From assembly GCA_900540935.1 (NCBI GenBank), contig UQHW01000001.1, positions 43,867 through 107,866 on the forward strand: 64,000 nucleotides of DNA. The letters are read 5' to 3'. Below, in pieces: positions 35,272 to 44,824 of the stretch; positions within the stretch are counted from its first letter, which is position 1; the number at the start of each line of letters is the position of its first letter. The stretch is from an uncultured Collinsella sp. Its GTDB lineage: Bacteria; Actinomycetota; Coriobacteriia; Coriobacteriales; Coriobacteriaceae. The translations under genes were made by a program, and so were the position numbers. The notes beneath the pieces were generated by a model. It saw only the letters and a program-made list of their open reading frames with translations. It was not told the origin of the DNA and did not search any database.

Positions 35272-36058
35272 GCTCTCGCACGTCAAGAAGACCTTTAACA
35301 AGGGCACCGTCACCGAGAAGCGCGCGCTCACCGGCGTCGACCTCACCCTGAATGACGGCGACTTTGTAACCGTGATCGGCGGCAACGGCGCCGGCAAGTC
35401 CACTCTGCTCAACATGATCGCCGGCGTGTACCCGCTCGATTCGGGCGTTATTGAGCTCGACGGCACCGACATCTCGCGCCTGAGCGAGTCGCAGCGCGCC
35501 AAGTACCTGGGCCGCGTGTTTCAGGACCCCATGCGCGGTACCGCTGCCGACATGCAGATCGCCGAGAACCTGGCCCTCGCCAAGCGTCGCGGCCAGCGTC
35601 GCGGCCTTTCGTGGGGCGTCACCAAGGCCGAGAAAGATGAGTACGTTGAGCTGCTCAAGCGCCTGGACCTTGGTCTGGACACGCGTCTCAACGCCAAGGT
35701 CGGCCTGCTCTCGGGCGGCCAGCGCCAGGCACTCACCCTGCTGATGGCCACGCTCACCAGGCCGCGCCTGCTGCTGCTCGACGAGCACACTGCGGCCCTC
35801 GACCCCAAGACGGCATCGAAGGTGCTCAATCTGACCGAAGAGATCGTCGACGAGCACCACCTGACCACGCTCATGGTCACGCATAACATGAATGACGCCA
35901 TCCGTCTGGGCAATCGCCTGATCATGATGCACGAGGGCCACGTAATCTACGACGTGGCGGGCGATGAGAAGAAGTCGCTCACCGTCGCCGACCTGCTGCA
36001 GAAGTTCGAGGAGGTCTCGGGCGGCGAGCTCGCCAACGACCGCATGCTGCTGAGCTAA
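35264..36058 (+). CDS. ABC transporter ATP-binding protein
   Basis: Walker A GGNGAGKST, signature LSGGQRQ, Walker B LLLLDE. Confidence 0.9.
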   Translation: MLKLSHVKKTFNKGTVTEKRALTGVDLTLNDGDFVTVIGGNGAGKSTLLNMIAGVYPLDSGVIELDGTDISRLSESQRAKYLGRVFQDPMRGTAADMQIAENLALAKRRGQRRGLSWGVTKAEKDEYVELLKRLDLGLDTRLNAKVGLLSGGQRQALTLLMATLTRPRLLLLDEHTAALDPKTASKVLNLTEEIVDEHHLTTLMVTHNMNDAIRLGNRLIMMHEGHVIYDVAGDEKKSLTVADLLQKFEEVSGGELANDRMLLS

Positions 36059-36065
36059 ACCTACC

Positions 36066-36111
36066 AAAAAGGGACAGGTTTATTTTGACAGGTTTTACCT
36101 GCGCAAACGTC
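36066..36111. repeat. short repeat family C copy 2
   Basis: aaaaagggacaggtttattttgacaggttttacctgcgcaaacgtc, similar to 7504..7548. Confidence 0.55.
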
Positions 36112-36151
36112 AAAACCGCCGCAAAGGGACAGACGCCCTTGCGGCGGTTTT
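36112..36151 (+). terminator. rho-independent terminator after the ABC operon
   Basis: ccgccgcaaaggg...cccttgcggcgg followed by ttttcgc. Confidence 0.7.
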
Positions 36152-36215
36152 CGCATATTATGTCGATAATCCGATATTCAACCAGACATTCTGGCTAAGG
36201 ACTAAGGAAACTGCC

Positions 36216-38240
36216 TTGAAAAGACTCCCCCGCCTTGCGTTAGCCGCCGCGTTGTTTGCCGGCTCGCTCGCAGGCATCCCAAGCCTCGCTTTCGCGGGGA
36301 ACCTGCCCGCCGCTATTGACGGCTCCGTGGCCGTCATGCACACCAACGACATCCACGGCAGCTACAAGTACAGCTACAACGAAAGCAAGGGCACCGGCAC
36401 GGTGGGCTTTGATGGACTGGCGGTTCTCTATAGCGCCCAAAGCAGCGCCCCCGATCTTTTGCTCGATGCGGGCGACACCTTCCACGGACAGTCCTTCGCC
36501 ACCATGAGCGAGGGCAAGAGCATCGCCGAGCTCATGGACACCTTCTACGCCGACGGCTACGATGCGACCACGCCAGGCAACCACGACTGGAGCTACGGTG
36601 CGGACAAACTCCGCACCATGACCGGCTACAGCACCACTGGCACGCCCTTCGCCATGCTCTGCGCGAACGCGAAGTCTACGAGCGGCGTATGGAGTTCGAG
36701 CATCACCAAGACACTCGATCGCACCTGGGAGGATAGCGAAAATCACTCCACATTCGACTACAAAATCAAGGTCGGCGTCGTGGGTGCCATGGATGAGTCG
36801 CTGGGATCCTCGCTGCGCGCGGACCTGGTCGCGGGCACGTCGTTCTCGAGTGCCGCGAACGCCATCAATACCGAGGCAGAACAGCTGCGCAGGGAGGGCT
36901 GCGATGTTGTTGTGTGTATCGCGCATACGCTCAACGCCAAGACCTTTGCCACACGGCTCCGTGGCGTCGATGCCCTTATCGCAGGCCACGAGCACATCAA
37001 CCTTAACGAGAAGGTGACGGGAGCCGACGGCAAGACGATCCACGTTGTCGAGGCAGGCAGCGCCTTTGCCGAGGTGGGGCTGCTTTCCATTCCGTACAAG
37101 TACGACACCAATGGCACCGAGACGACCGACGATGACACGGTCACGGTCCCTGCAGACGGCAGCGACGAGAAGCTCTACACCGCCAAGAACGTCAACGACC
37201 TTTTGGCAGACCCCGACAAGGGCTCCGACTACCAAAGCTGCCTTGAAGCCGTCCGCAACAAGATCAAGCCGCTCGACGAGGCCCTTGAAAACGAATCGAA
37301 CAAGGTGCTCGGCGCATCCACCACCAACTATTTCTACGGCGAGGACGCCGCAGGCACGCATGGTTGGGAAATGGTGCGCACCACCGATTTCCGCCCCAGC
37401 AAGGAGGGCGATACCACCAAGGCCCAGACCATCGGCCACGTGATTTGCGGCTCCTATCTTGCCCTGACGGGCGCAGACCTTGCCATCGAGAACGCGGGTG
37501 GCATCCGCGGCGGCATCGCTGCGGGCGATGTGACTGCCGGCAACGTCATCGCTATCTCGCCCTACGGCAACACCGTGGAGACCTGGACCATGACCGGCGC
37601 GGACTTCCTGACAGCGCTCGAGCACTCACTGCAGATCAGCGACGAGTGCAACGACAGCTACGAGCTTCAGCAGGCTTATGTGGCGGCCGGTCACACCGAG
37701 CAGGAGGCGCAAGACAAGTACAAGTGGCGCGATGACTCTGGCAGCGTTCTCTCCTTTGGCGGCATCAACGTGACGATTGATTGGACACAGCCCGAGGGCA
37801 AGCGCATTGTGAGTGCCACACTCACCAAAGACGGCAGCACGCTCGACCCCGCCAAGACCTATACCGTCGCCACCAACAACTACATCATCACCAACACGAC
37901 CGACTTTCCCACCTTTGCACACGCCACCAAGTACACCGAGTGGGGCACGTGCGAGGCGGCGCTGAGGGCGCTGATCGGGCAGAACGGCTGGGAGAGCAAG
38001 ATGGCCGGGCTCGCCGGCACCATCAGCTTTGGCTCCGCTGCCGTGGACCCCACGCCCACACCGGCCCCGACGCCTAAGCCCTCGCCTAAGACGGACACGA
38101 CGACCACGAAGGTCATCACCAAGAAGACGACCGGTAAGCTCGCCGCAACGGGAGACCACACGCTGGCAGTAGTTGGCGCGTGCCTTATCGGCGGCATCAT
38201 CGTCATCATCCTCGGCATTATCTGGAAGCGTCGACGCTAA
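36216..38240 (+). CDS. cell-wall-anchored bifunctional metallophosphatase/5'-nucleotidase (LAXTG sortase substrate)
   Basis: Signal peptide, calcineurin-like phosphoesterase motifs (GNHDW, GHEH) and a 5'-nucleotidase C-terminal domain. The C-terminus is LAATGD + hydrophobic helix + KRRR, i.e. a class E sortase LAXTG signal. TTG start. Confidence 0.8.
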   Translation: MKRLPRLALAAALFAGSLAGIPSLAFAGNLPAAIDGSVAVMHTNDIHGSYKYSYNESKGTGTVGFDGLAVLYSAQSSAPDLLLDAGDTFHGQSFATMSEGKSIAELMDTFYADGYDATTPGNHDWSYGADKLRTMTGYSTTGTPFAMLCANAKSTSGVWSSSITKTLDRTWEDSENHSTFDYKIKVGVVGAMDESLGSSLRADLVAGTSFSSAANAINTEAEQLRREGCDVVVCIAHTLNAKTFATRLRGVDALIAGHEHINLNEKVTGADGKTIHVVEAGSAFAEVGLLSIPYKYDTNGTETTDDDTVTVPADGSDEKLYTAKNVNDLLADPDKGSDYQSCLEAVRNKIKPLDEALENESNKVLGASTTNYFYGEDAAGTHGWEMVRTTDFRPSKEGDTTKAQTIGHVICGSYLALTGADLAIENAGGIRGGIAAGDVTAGNVIAISPYGNTVETWTMTGADFLTALEHSLQISDECNDSYELQQAYVAAGHTEQEAQDKYKWRDDSGSVLSFGGINVTIDWTQPEGKRIVSATLTKDGSTLDPAKTYTVATNNYIITNTTDFPTFAHATKYTEWGTCEAALRALIGQNGWESKMAGLAGTISFGSAAVDPTPTPAPTPKPSPKTDTTTTKVITKKTTGKLAATGDHTLAVVGACLIGGIIVIILGIIWKRRR

Positions 38241-38292
38241 GCTACACCGCCGGGCCTTGCAGCCCCGCCGCGTAAACCTTATATCGAGCACA

Positions 38293-38330
38293 GAAGCCCG
38301 TCCGATGTGATCGGACGGGCTTCTTGGTGG
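38293..38330 (+). terminator. rho-independent terminator
   Basis: agcccgtccgat...atcggacgggct followed by tcttggtgg. Confidence 0.55.
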
Positions 38331-38368
38331 GTATCATGGTTGGACGATCATTAGGAGGTTTTCCCTAC

Positions 38369-39136
38369 ATGGAATTGTTTGAGCCGATTCTTCATTTCTT
38401 TGAGCAACGGTGGGTCCACAACATCATCTGGGCCGTCATCTTGGCGATAGGCACCGCCGTCGCCGCCAAGGTCGTATCCAAGACCCTGAACCATCTGCTT
38501 AACCGAGACGATAACCCGCTACCGGCATCGAGTATCTTCATCAACATCGCGCGCGCCGTCATCTGGATGATCGGCGGCAGCTTTATCCTCGACAACTGTT
38601 TTGGCATTAATGCAAACGCCCTCGTCGCCGCTCTTGGCGTCGGCGGCATCGCCATCTCCCTGGGTTTCCAGGACACGCTCTCAAACCTTATCGGCGGCAT
38701 GCAAGTGACCTTTATGGGCATCATCAAGCCCGGCGACAATATCGAGGTCGGCGGTGTGTCGGGCGTGGTCCAAGACATCACTTGGCGCCATACAACGATT
38801 GAGGATGCCTGTGGACAGACCATCATTGTGCCCAACTCCAACATCTCCAAGAACACGCTCGTGCATTTGATGCCCTTTGGACGCGTGGCCGTGCCCGTTG
38901 CCGTAAAGGACACGTCTAAGTGGGCTTCCCTTGACGCGCTGGCAGACGAGCTCACGAGCGCAACCAAAACGGCCGTCTCGCCCATCTCGGGCTTTGACAA
39001 AGAGCCCTACGTGCTCTTTAGCGAAATCGGCGACTTTGGCATCAAAGGAAAGATCATCTTTATCGTCAGCGACGACAGCACCACTTTCACCGCTGCCGAC
39101 GCCTGCATCCGCGCCATCGCCCCCATCATCGCCTAA
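38369..39136 (+). CDS. small-conductance mechanosensitive channel (MscS family)
   Basis: TM helices, then the MscS beta domain (GDNIEVGGVSGVVQDITWRHTTIEDACGQTIIVPNS). Confidence 0.8.
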   Translation: MELFEPILHFFEQRWVHNIIWAVILAIGTAVAAKVVSKTLNHLLNRDDNPLPASSIFINIARAVIWMIGGSFILDNCFGINANALVAALGVGGIAISLGFQDTLSNLIGGMQVTFMGIIKPGDNIEVGGVSGVVQDITWRHTTIEDACGQTIIVPNSNISKNTLVHLMPFGRVAVPVAVKDTSKWASLDALADELTSATKTAVSPISGFDKEPYVLFSEIGDFGIKGKIIFIVSDDSTTFTAADACIRAIAPIIA

Positions 39137-39228
39137 ACCACCGCAAAGGGGTCAGGCATCTTTGTAGTGGTTTTCATTCGTGGTACCATGGTTCATATAG
39201 TTGTTTAAACGACTAAGGGAGCAACATT

Positions 39229-41145
39229 ATGGAAGAGGCCTATCGTCAAGCACGCAAGCGCGGCGAGCAAGGACGTCGACGCGCCATTAGCCAAAGCGAG
39301 CATCCATACCTTACGGACCTCGATAGCTTGGTTGCTCAGCTCCCCTTAGGTCAGCGAGAGAATGTCGGCCTGCGGGATATTCCGCTCGAAATGGTCGTCG
39401 GCACGGTCACCAAGGGCCGTCAGTCCGCCTTTTCGTGTAACTTTATGCCCCTGCTTCCGTTTAGCACCGAGTTCGCCCGCAAGTGGTCCAACCTCTACGA
39501 CATCCAGGTGACCGAGGGCTATCGCGACCCCGTCATCGTCACCGAGTTCATGCATCGGTTCTATGTCCAAGAAGGCAACAAACGCGTCAGTGTCCTCAAA
39601 TTCCTAGACGCCCCGATGGTTTCGGCCAAGGTCACCCGTCTCTACCCCGGCACATGGGATTCCGTCGAAAGCCGCCTGTACGGCGAGTTCTGCGCGTTTT
39701 GGCGCGTCTGCCCCCTATACGAGATCGAGTTCTCGCGTGAGGGAAGCTACGAAACGCTCGCGAAGATGCTCGGTCAGAACCTTATCGAAAAATGGCCGCA
39801 GAAAAAGGTCGACTACCTACGCCACACCTTCCTGCTCTTTAAGCGCGCCTACCTTCGCGCAGGCGGCGACCACCTGGACATTACGCCTGCCGACGCCATG
39901 CTCGTCTACCTCAATGTGTACAACCAGGACCGCCTGCTGGATACGCCGACGGATATCGTCGTAAACCGCCTGTGCAAGATCTGGCGCGAGCTGGTCATTG
40001 CCGGCAAAAATGACGAGGACAAGGTCGATCTTGTCGAAGCACCGAGCGTCGACGAGGAGGAGACGCCCGCCAAGTCCACCTCTGGCGTGCTCAACTTCTT
40101 TATGGGCAAGACCGTCTACTCGACGTCCAACCCCCTGCGCATCGCCTTTATCCATGAGTTCCCCTGTGCGACGTCGAGCTGGGACAGCCTGCACGACCAA
40201 GGGCGTCAGTATCTCGATGAGCACTTTGGCGGTATCGTGCGCACCGAGGCGTTCGAGGACTGTCACGATCCGGATGTGTTCTACGCCGCCGTGGAAACGG
40301 CTGTCAAACATGGAGCAAACGTCATCTTCTCGACCTCGCACCGCCTGATGGAATACACACTCAGAGCTGCCGTTGAGTATCCCCAGGTTCGGTTCCTTAA
40401 CTGCTCTATCGGCCTTCCCCACCAAAGCGTCCGTTCGTACTTTGGCAAGATGTACGAGGCCAAGTTCCTCCTGGGCGCCCTTGCCGCCAGCATGGCGGAC
40501 AACCATCGCATCGGCTACCACGCGTCGGTCTTCGCATCCGGCGCGCTCAGCGAGATCAATGCCTTTGCCATCGGCGCCTCGCTGCTCGACCCCCGCGCGC
40601 AAATTATCCTCACCTGGGGCGATGTGCCCGCCGGCGGTCTTGCCGAGGCCATGTGCCGCGAAGGCGTGAGCGTCATGACCGGCGCTGACATGTCAAAGTC
40701 GCTCGAAGACCCTACGGCCTACGGACTCCACCGCCTGGTCGATGGCAAGGTTTCCGGCATCGCCATGCCGGTATGGAACTGGGGCCGTTACTACGAGCTC
40801 ATCGTTCGCAGCCTTCTGCACGGCACGTGGGACGAGACCAGCGATGACAACCAAGTGCGCGCCGTCAACTACTGGTACGGCATGAGCTCCGGCGTTATCG
40901 ACATCCGTTACGCTCCGGGCCTACCCTACCAGACGCGCAAACTCGTGCAGTTGCTCCGCAACGGCATTGTCGAGGGATCCATCAACCCCTTTGGCGGCGA
41001 GCTCCACAGTCAGAACGGCGTGGTACAGATCGAAGGCTTCCCTCCGCTGCCGAGCACGCAGATTGTCGAGATGAATTGGCTGGCGGATAACGTGGTAGGC
41101 ACCATTCCGCAGCTCGACGATGAGCCGAAAGTCCCTGCCCTATGA
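39229..41145 (+). CDS. cytoplasmic two-domain protein: ParB/Srx-like N-terminus fused to a BMP/PnrA-like (type I periplasmic-binding fold) C-terminus
   Basis: 638 aa, no signal peptide. The N-terminal FYVQEGNKRVSVLK block resembles the ParB GERRxRA arginine finger. The C-terminal half (VIFSTSHRL..., KFLLGALAASMADNHRIGYHASV) resembles the BMP family nucleoside-binding fold. Its stop overlaps the next gene's start (ATGA). Confidence 0.5.
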   Translation: MEEAYRQARKRGEQGRRRAISQSEHPYLTDLDSLVAQLPLGQRENVGLRDIPLEMVVGTVTKGRQSAFSCNFMPLLPFSTEFARKWSNLYDIQVTEGYRDPVIVTEFMHRFYVQEGNKRVSVLKFLDAPMVSAKVTRLYPGTWDSVESRLYGEFCAFWRVCPLYEIEFSREGSYETLAKMLGQNLIEKWPQKKVDYLRHTFLLFKRAYLRAGGDHLDITPADAMLVYLNVYNQDRLLDTPTDIVVNRLCKIWRELVIAGKNDEDKVDLVEAPSVDEEETPAKSTSGVLNFFMGKTVYSTSNPLRIAFIHEFPCATSSWDSLHDQGRQYLDEHFGGIVRTEAFEDCHDPDVFYAAVETAVKHGANVIFSTSHRLMEYTLRAAVEYPQVRFLNCSIGLPHQSVRSYFGKMYEAKFLLGALAASMADNHRIGYHASVFASGALSEINAFAIGASLLDPRAQIILTWGDVPAGGLAEAMCREGVSVMTGADMSKSLEDPTAYGLHRLVDGKVSGIAMPVWNWGRYYELIVRSLLHGTWDETSDDNQVRAVNYWYGMSSGVIDIRYAPGLPYQTRKLVQLLRNGIVEGSINPFGGELHSQNGVVQIEGFPPLPSTQIVEMNWLADNVVGTIPQLDDEPKVPAL

Positions 41146-41852
41146 AAATCCTTGCCATAGCCGATACCGAAGAACGATGCCTTTGGGAGTGCTTTCGCAA
41201 GGAACGCTTTGAGGGAGTCGACCTGATTTTGTCCGCCGGCGATCTGGACCCGGACTATCTTGAGTTTTTGGTTACGGTCATCAACAAACCGCTCATCTAC
41301 GTGCGCGGCAATCACGATGACCGCTACGCACGTCATGCACCGGGTGGATGTATCTGCGTAGAGGACAGCGTGTACACGTACCGAGGGATTCGCATTGCGG
41401 GCCTTGGCGGGTCCATGCGTTATCGCGACGGCGCCAACATGTACACCGAATGCGAGATGTCCAAGCGCATGCGTAAGCTGTCGCGTAAGGTTAGGATGGT
41501 CGGCGGGTGCGACATTCTGCTTACCCATGCACCCGCCGCCGGTATGGGTGATCTGGACGATCTGCCGCATCGAGGATTCGAGTGCTTTAACACAGCACTC
41601 GAATCCTGGAATCCCGACTACATGGTGCACGGGCATGTGCACCAAAGCTACGGTTGTGATTTTCAGCGCGAGCGTCAGCATGTGTGTGGAACGACGATCA
41701 TCAACGCCTGCGGCTATACGCAGTTTGAGCTCGACCAGACGCACTACCCCATCCGCGGCTGGCAAGCAGCGTGGCTCAACTCACAAACCATGCGCCGCGA
41801 GCTCAAACGCCACGAAGCCATCGAGTCTTCAACAGCCAGAACACCCTGGTAA
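41142..41852 (+). CDS. metallophosphoesterase (calcineurin-like)
   Basis: Motifs D-x-H...GDL..., GNHD, GHVH. Translationally coupled to the upstream gene. Confidence 0.8.
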   Translation: MKILAIADTEERCLWECFRKERFEGVDLILSAGDLDPDYLEFLVTVINKPLIYVRGNHDDRYARHAPGGCICVEDSVYTYRGIRIAGLGGSMRYRDGANMYTECEMSKRMRKLSRKVRMVGGCDILLTHAPAAGMGDLDDLPHRGFECFNTALESWNPDYMVHGHVHQSYGCDFQRERQHVCGTTIINACGYTQFELDQTHYPIRGWQAAWLNSQTMRRELKRHEAIESSTARTPW

Positions 41853-41977
41853 CCACCATAAAGGGGACACTGTCCCCTTTATGGTGCTTTTGACGCGATA
41901 GCAAGAAACCCGGTCCTGCACAAGGCGGAACCGGGTTTCTTTAGCAATGCTTGCTGTACTCAGGCAGTAACTAGCAG

Positions 41978-42691
41978 TTACTCAGCCAGGAAGTCACGCT
42001 GGACAGCGGGATCGACCTTGACGCCAGGGCCCATGGTGGAAGACACGGAGATGGACTTAACGTACTTGCCCTTAGCGGAAGAGGGCTTGACGCGCAGGAT
42101 CTCGGTGTACAGGGCAGCGTAGTTCTCGACGAGCTGCTGCTCAGAGAAGGACTTCTTGCCCAGAGGCACGTGGCAGATGCCGTAGCGGTCGGCGCGATAC
42201 TCAACGCGGCCGGCCTTGAGCTCGGAGACCATCTTGGCGACGTCCATGGTAACGGTGCCGAGCTTGGGGTTCGGCATGAGGCCACGGGGACCAAGGATCT
42301 TACCGATGCGGCCAACCTTGGCCATCATGTTCGGCGTAGCGATAGCGGCGTCGAAGTTGATCTCGCCCTTCTGGATCTGGGCGACGAGCTCGTCGGAACC
42401 GATGATGTCGGCGCCGGCAGCCTCGGCCTCGCGAGCCTTCTCGCCCTCGGCGAAGACGGCAACACGAACGGTCTTGCCGGTGCCGTGGGGCAGAGAGATG
42501 GAACCACGGATGTTCTGGTCAGCCTTACGAGTATCGATGCCCAGACGGAAGTGGGCCTCGACGGTCTCGTCGAACTTGGCGGTGTCGAGCTCCTTGATGA
42601 GCTTGGCAGCCTGAAGGGGGGTGTAGAGCGTGGCGCGGTCGATCTTCTCGGCAGCGGCGTTATAGCTCTTACCATGCTTAGCCATGTGCAT
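41978..42691 (-). CDS. rplA: 50S ribosomal protein L1
   Basis: 237 aa; canonical L1 sequence. Confidence 0.95.
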   Translation of the reverse strand: MHMAKHGKSYNAAAEKIDRATLYTPLQAAKLIKELDTAKFDETVEAHFRLGIDTRKADQNIRGSISLPHGTGKTVRVAVFAEGEKAREAEAAGADIIGSDELVAQIQKGEINFDAAIATPNMMAKVGRIGKILGPRGLMPNPKLGTVTMDVAKMVSELKAGRVEYRADRYGICHVPLGKKSFSEQQLVENYAALYTEILRVKPSSAKGKYVKSISVSSTMGPGVKVDPAVQRDFLAE

Positions 42692-42802
42692 TACCTCCTG
42701 TGGTTAAACGGGCGTGAGCCCTCCCACATCGTATCGTGTGCCCTATTGCACACATATAACGGGCGCCCCGGTCGGAGCACCCGTCATTACCTAAAGAAAT
42801 CG

Positions 42803-43237
42803 CTACTCAGCGATGGTGACGCCCATGGAGCGGGCGGTACCGGCGATGATCTTCTTGGCGGCGTCAATGTCGTTGGCATTGAGGTCCGGCATCTTGATCT
42901 CGGCGATCTTGGTGAGCTGCTCCTGGGAGAGCTGACCAACCTTGTCGGCCTGGGGCTTAGCGGAACCAGACTTGAGGTTCAGCTCCTTCTTGATGAGGTG
43001 AGCCGCCGGCGGGGTCTTGGTGATGAAGGAGAAGGACTTGTCCTCGTAGACAGAGATCTCAACAGGGATGATGTCCCCCTTCTTGTCCTGCGTCTCGGCG
43101 TTAAAGGCCTGGCAGAACTGCATGATATTCACGCCAGCAGCGCCCAGGGCGGGGCCGACGGGAGGAGCGGGGTTAGCGGCACCAGCAGGAATCTGGAGCT
43201 TAATGACGTTGGCAACCTTCTTCTCAGCCATGGTCAT
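42803..43237 (-). CDS. rplK: 50S ribosomal protein L11
   Basis: 144 aa, PPVGPALG motif. Confidence 0.95.
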   Translation of the reverse strand: MTMAEKKVANVIKLQIPAGAANPAPPVGPALGAAGVNIMQFCQAFNAETQDKKGDIIPVEISVYEDKSFSFITKTPPAAHLIKKELNLKSGSAKPQADKVGQLSQEQLTKIAEIKMPDLNANDIDAAKKIIAGTARSMGVTIAE

Positions 43238-43351
43238 TCCTTTCGAATCACGAGTGTGAAGTACTTGCTATATCGTAAGCACGCACGTGTTAGAAGCACT
43301 CCTGAGATGAGCAGTCACAGAAGAAGCACGCTCGCGCGAACGGACGAAAAC

Positions 43352-43888
43352 TTAAGCGATGACAGCGACCTGGTTAAAGTCGAGCTCAACCGGCGTCTCG
43401 CGGCCAAAGATCATCAGCGTGACCTTGAGCTTGCCAGCCTCGGTGTTAACCTCGGAGACCTTGCCATCAAAGTCGGTAAGCGGGCCATCGGTGACGCGGA
43501 CGGACGTGCCGACCTGAATATCAACCGAGGTGCGCTTGGGCGAATCGCCCTTACCGGGACGACGAGTCATCTTGTTGTACTCGTCGCGGGAAAGCGGAGC
43601 GGGCTTGCCGTTTCCGCCCAGGAAACCGGTGACGCCAGGCGTGTTACGAACACACGTCCAAGCATCGTCATCCATCTCCATGCGGACCAGGACATAACCC
43701 GGGAAGATCTTGGAATCCTTGGTCTCGCGCTTGCCACCCTCTTTAATCTCGGTGACGCGCTCCATAGGAATCTCGATATCAAAGATACGGTCCTGCATGC
43801 CCATAGTCTCGATGCGATGCTCGAGATCGGACTTAACGCGGTTCTCGTATCCAGAATAAGTGTGAACGACGTACCAACGCTTAGACAT
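43352..43888 (-). CDS. nusG: transcription termination/antitermination factor NusG
   Basis: NGN + KOW domains (WYVVHTYSGYENRV...). Confidence 0.95.
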   Translation of the reverse strand: MSKRWYVVHTYSGYENRVKSDLEHRIETMGMQDRIFDIEIPMERVTEIKEGGKRETKDSKIFPGYVLVRMEMDDDAWTCVRNTPGVTGFLGGNGKPAPLSRDEYNKMTRRPGKGDSPKRTSVDIQVGTSVRVTDGPLTDFDGKVSEVNTEAGKLKVTLMIFGRETPVELDFNQVAVIA

Positions 43889-43891
43889 GGT

Positions 43892-44230
43892 TTAGCCCCT
43901 CAATCCAGAGAACAGAGCAAGAGCCTCGCCAAAGCCAGCATCGAGCAGAGCGATGACGACGCCGACGACGATCAGAGAAGCGCAAACGACGACCGAGTAG
44001 TTCACGAGCTCCTTCTTATCGGGCCACGTGACACGCTTCATCTCGGACTTCACCGAGGCGAAATACTTCTTGGTGCGGGCGAAGAAACCAGGCTTCTCGT
44101 TCTTCTTGGACTTCGCAGCCTTCTCGTTCTTCTTGGCAACGGCCTTCTTGGCCTCAACCTTGGAGTTGGCGGCAGCGTTGTTGGCAGGCGCCTGCTGCTG
44201 AGCCTTCTTCTTGTTCTTCTTGTTGGCCAT
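43892..44230 (-). CDS. secE: preprotein translocase subunit SecE
   Basis: Lys-rich N-terminus, FFARTKKYFASVKSEMKRVTWP, then a single TM. Canonical position upstream of nusG. Confidence 0.85.
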   Translation of the reverse strand: MANKKNKKKAQQQAPANNAAANSKVEAKKAVAKKNEKAAKSKKNEKPGFFARTKKYFASVKSEMKRVTWPDKKELVNYSVVVCASLIVVGVVIALLDAGFGEALALFSGLRG

Positions 44231-44306
44231 TTGGGTTACCTCCGCGCAATGCGCTTATACATGAGTAAACCGTAAGCCCCCAATTGGGAGCTTACGGAAT
44301 AATGAC

Positions 44307-44382
44307 TGGCACGCCAGGAAGGACTCGAACCCTCAACACTCGGTTTTGGAGACCGATGCTCTACCAATTGAACTACTGGCGT
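44307..44382 (-). tRNA. tRNA-Trp (CCA)
   Basis: 76 nt cloverleaf; anticodon loop CTCCAAA gives anticodon CCA. Canonical position upstream of secE. Confidence 0.85.
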
Positions 44383-44395
44383 ATGTGACTAGAGA

Positions 44396-44545
44396 CTAGC
44401 GAGTCTCTTTGTGCAGCGTGTGGTGACGGCACCAGGGGCAATACTTCTTGATCTCCATACGATCAGGCATGGTCGACTTGTTCTTGGTGGTCGTATAGTT
44501 GCGGCGCTTGCACTCAGTGCACGCAAGAGTAACTAGAGTACGCAT
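44396..44545 (-). CDS. rpmG: 50S ribosomal protein L33
   Basis: 49 aa [49 protein letters not shown], found by manual translation. Below the ORF-track size cutoff. Confidence 0.85.
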   Translation of the reverse strand: MRTLVTLACTECKRRNYTTTKNKSTMPDRMEIKKYCPWCRHHTLHKETR

Positions 44546-44590
44546 GTATCCTGAACCTTTCATTTCCGCCCCGTACGGGCACGAGTTGAT

Positions 44591-44620
44591 ACTTTATCAG
44601 CTCTACGTAAGTGCTGTCAA
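44591..44620 (-). promoter_or_regulatory. sigma-70-like promoter for the rpmG-secE-nusG-rplKA unit
   Basis: Minus strand: TTGACA, 18 nt spacer, TAAAGT. It shares the 17-mer gctgtcaacgaaaacct with the tRNA-Tyr promoter. Confidence 0.45.
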
Positions 44621-44760
44621 CGAAAACCTTGAATCAATTGGTTCTCGGTGAACCCATTCATATTTGGAACACATCAATGGAGCCAACGAGATCTAATCGA
44701 CGGTGCACCCAGGACCATTATCGATCCTCTCGACACCAGCAACGGCTCAATATCCATTGC

Positions 44761-44798
44761 AGAAAAGAACCCGGCACCCATATAAGTGCCGGGTTCTC
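44761..44798 (-). terminator. rho-independent terminator after tuf
   Basis: gaacccggcac...gtgccgggttc hairpin followed by ttttct on the minus strand. Confidence 0.6.
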
Positions 44799-44824
44799 TA
44801 AGTCAGCTATATCAAAGAGCTAAT

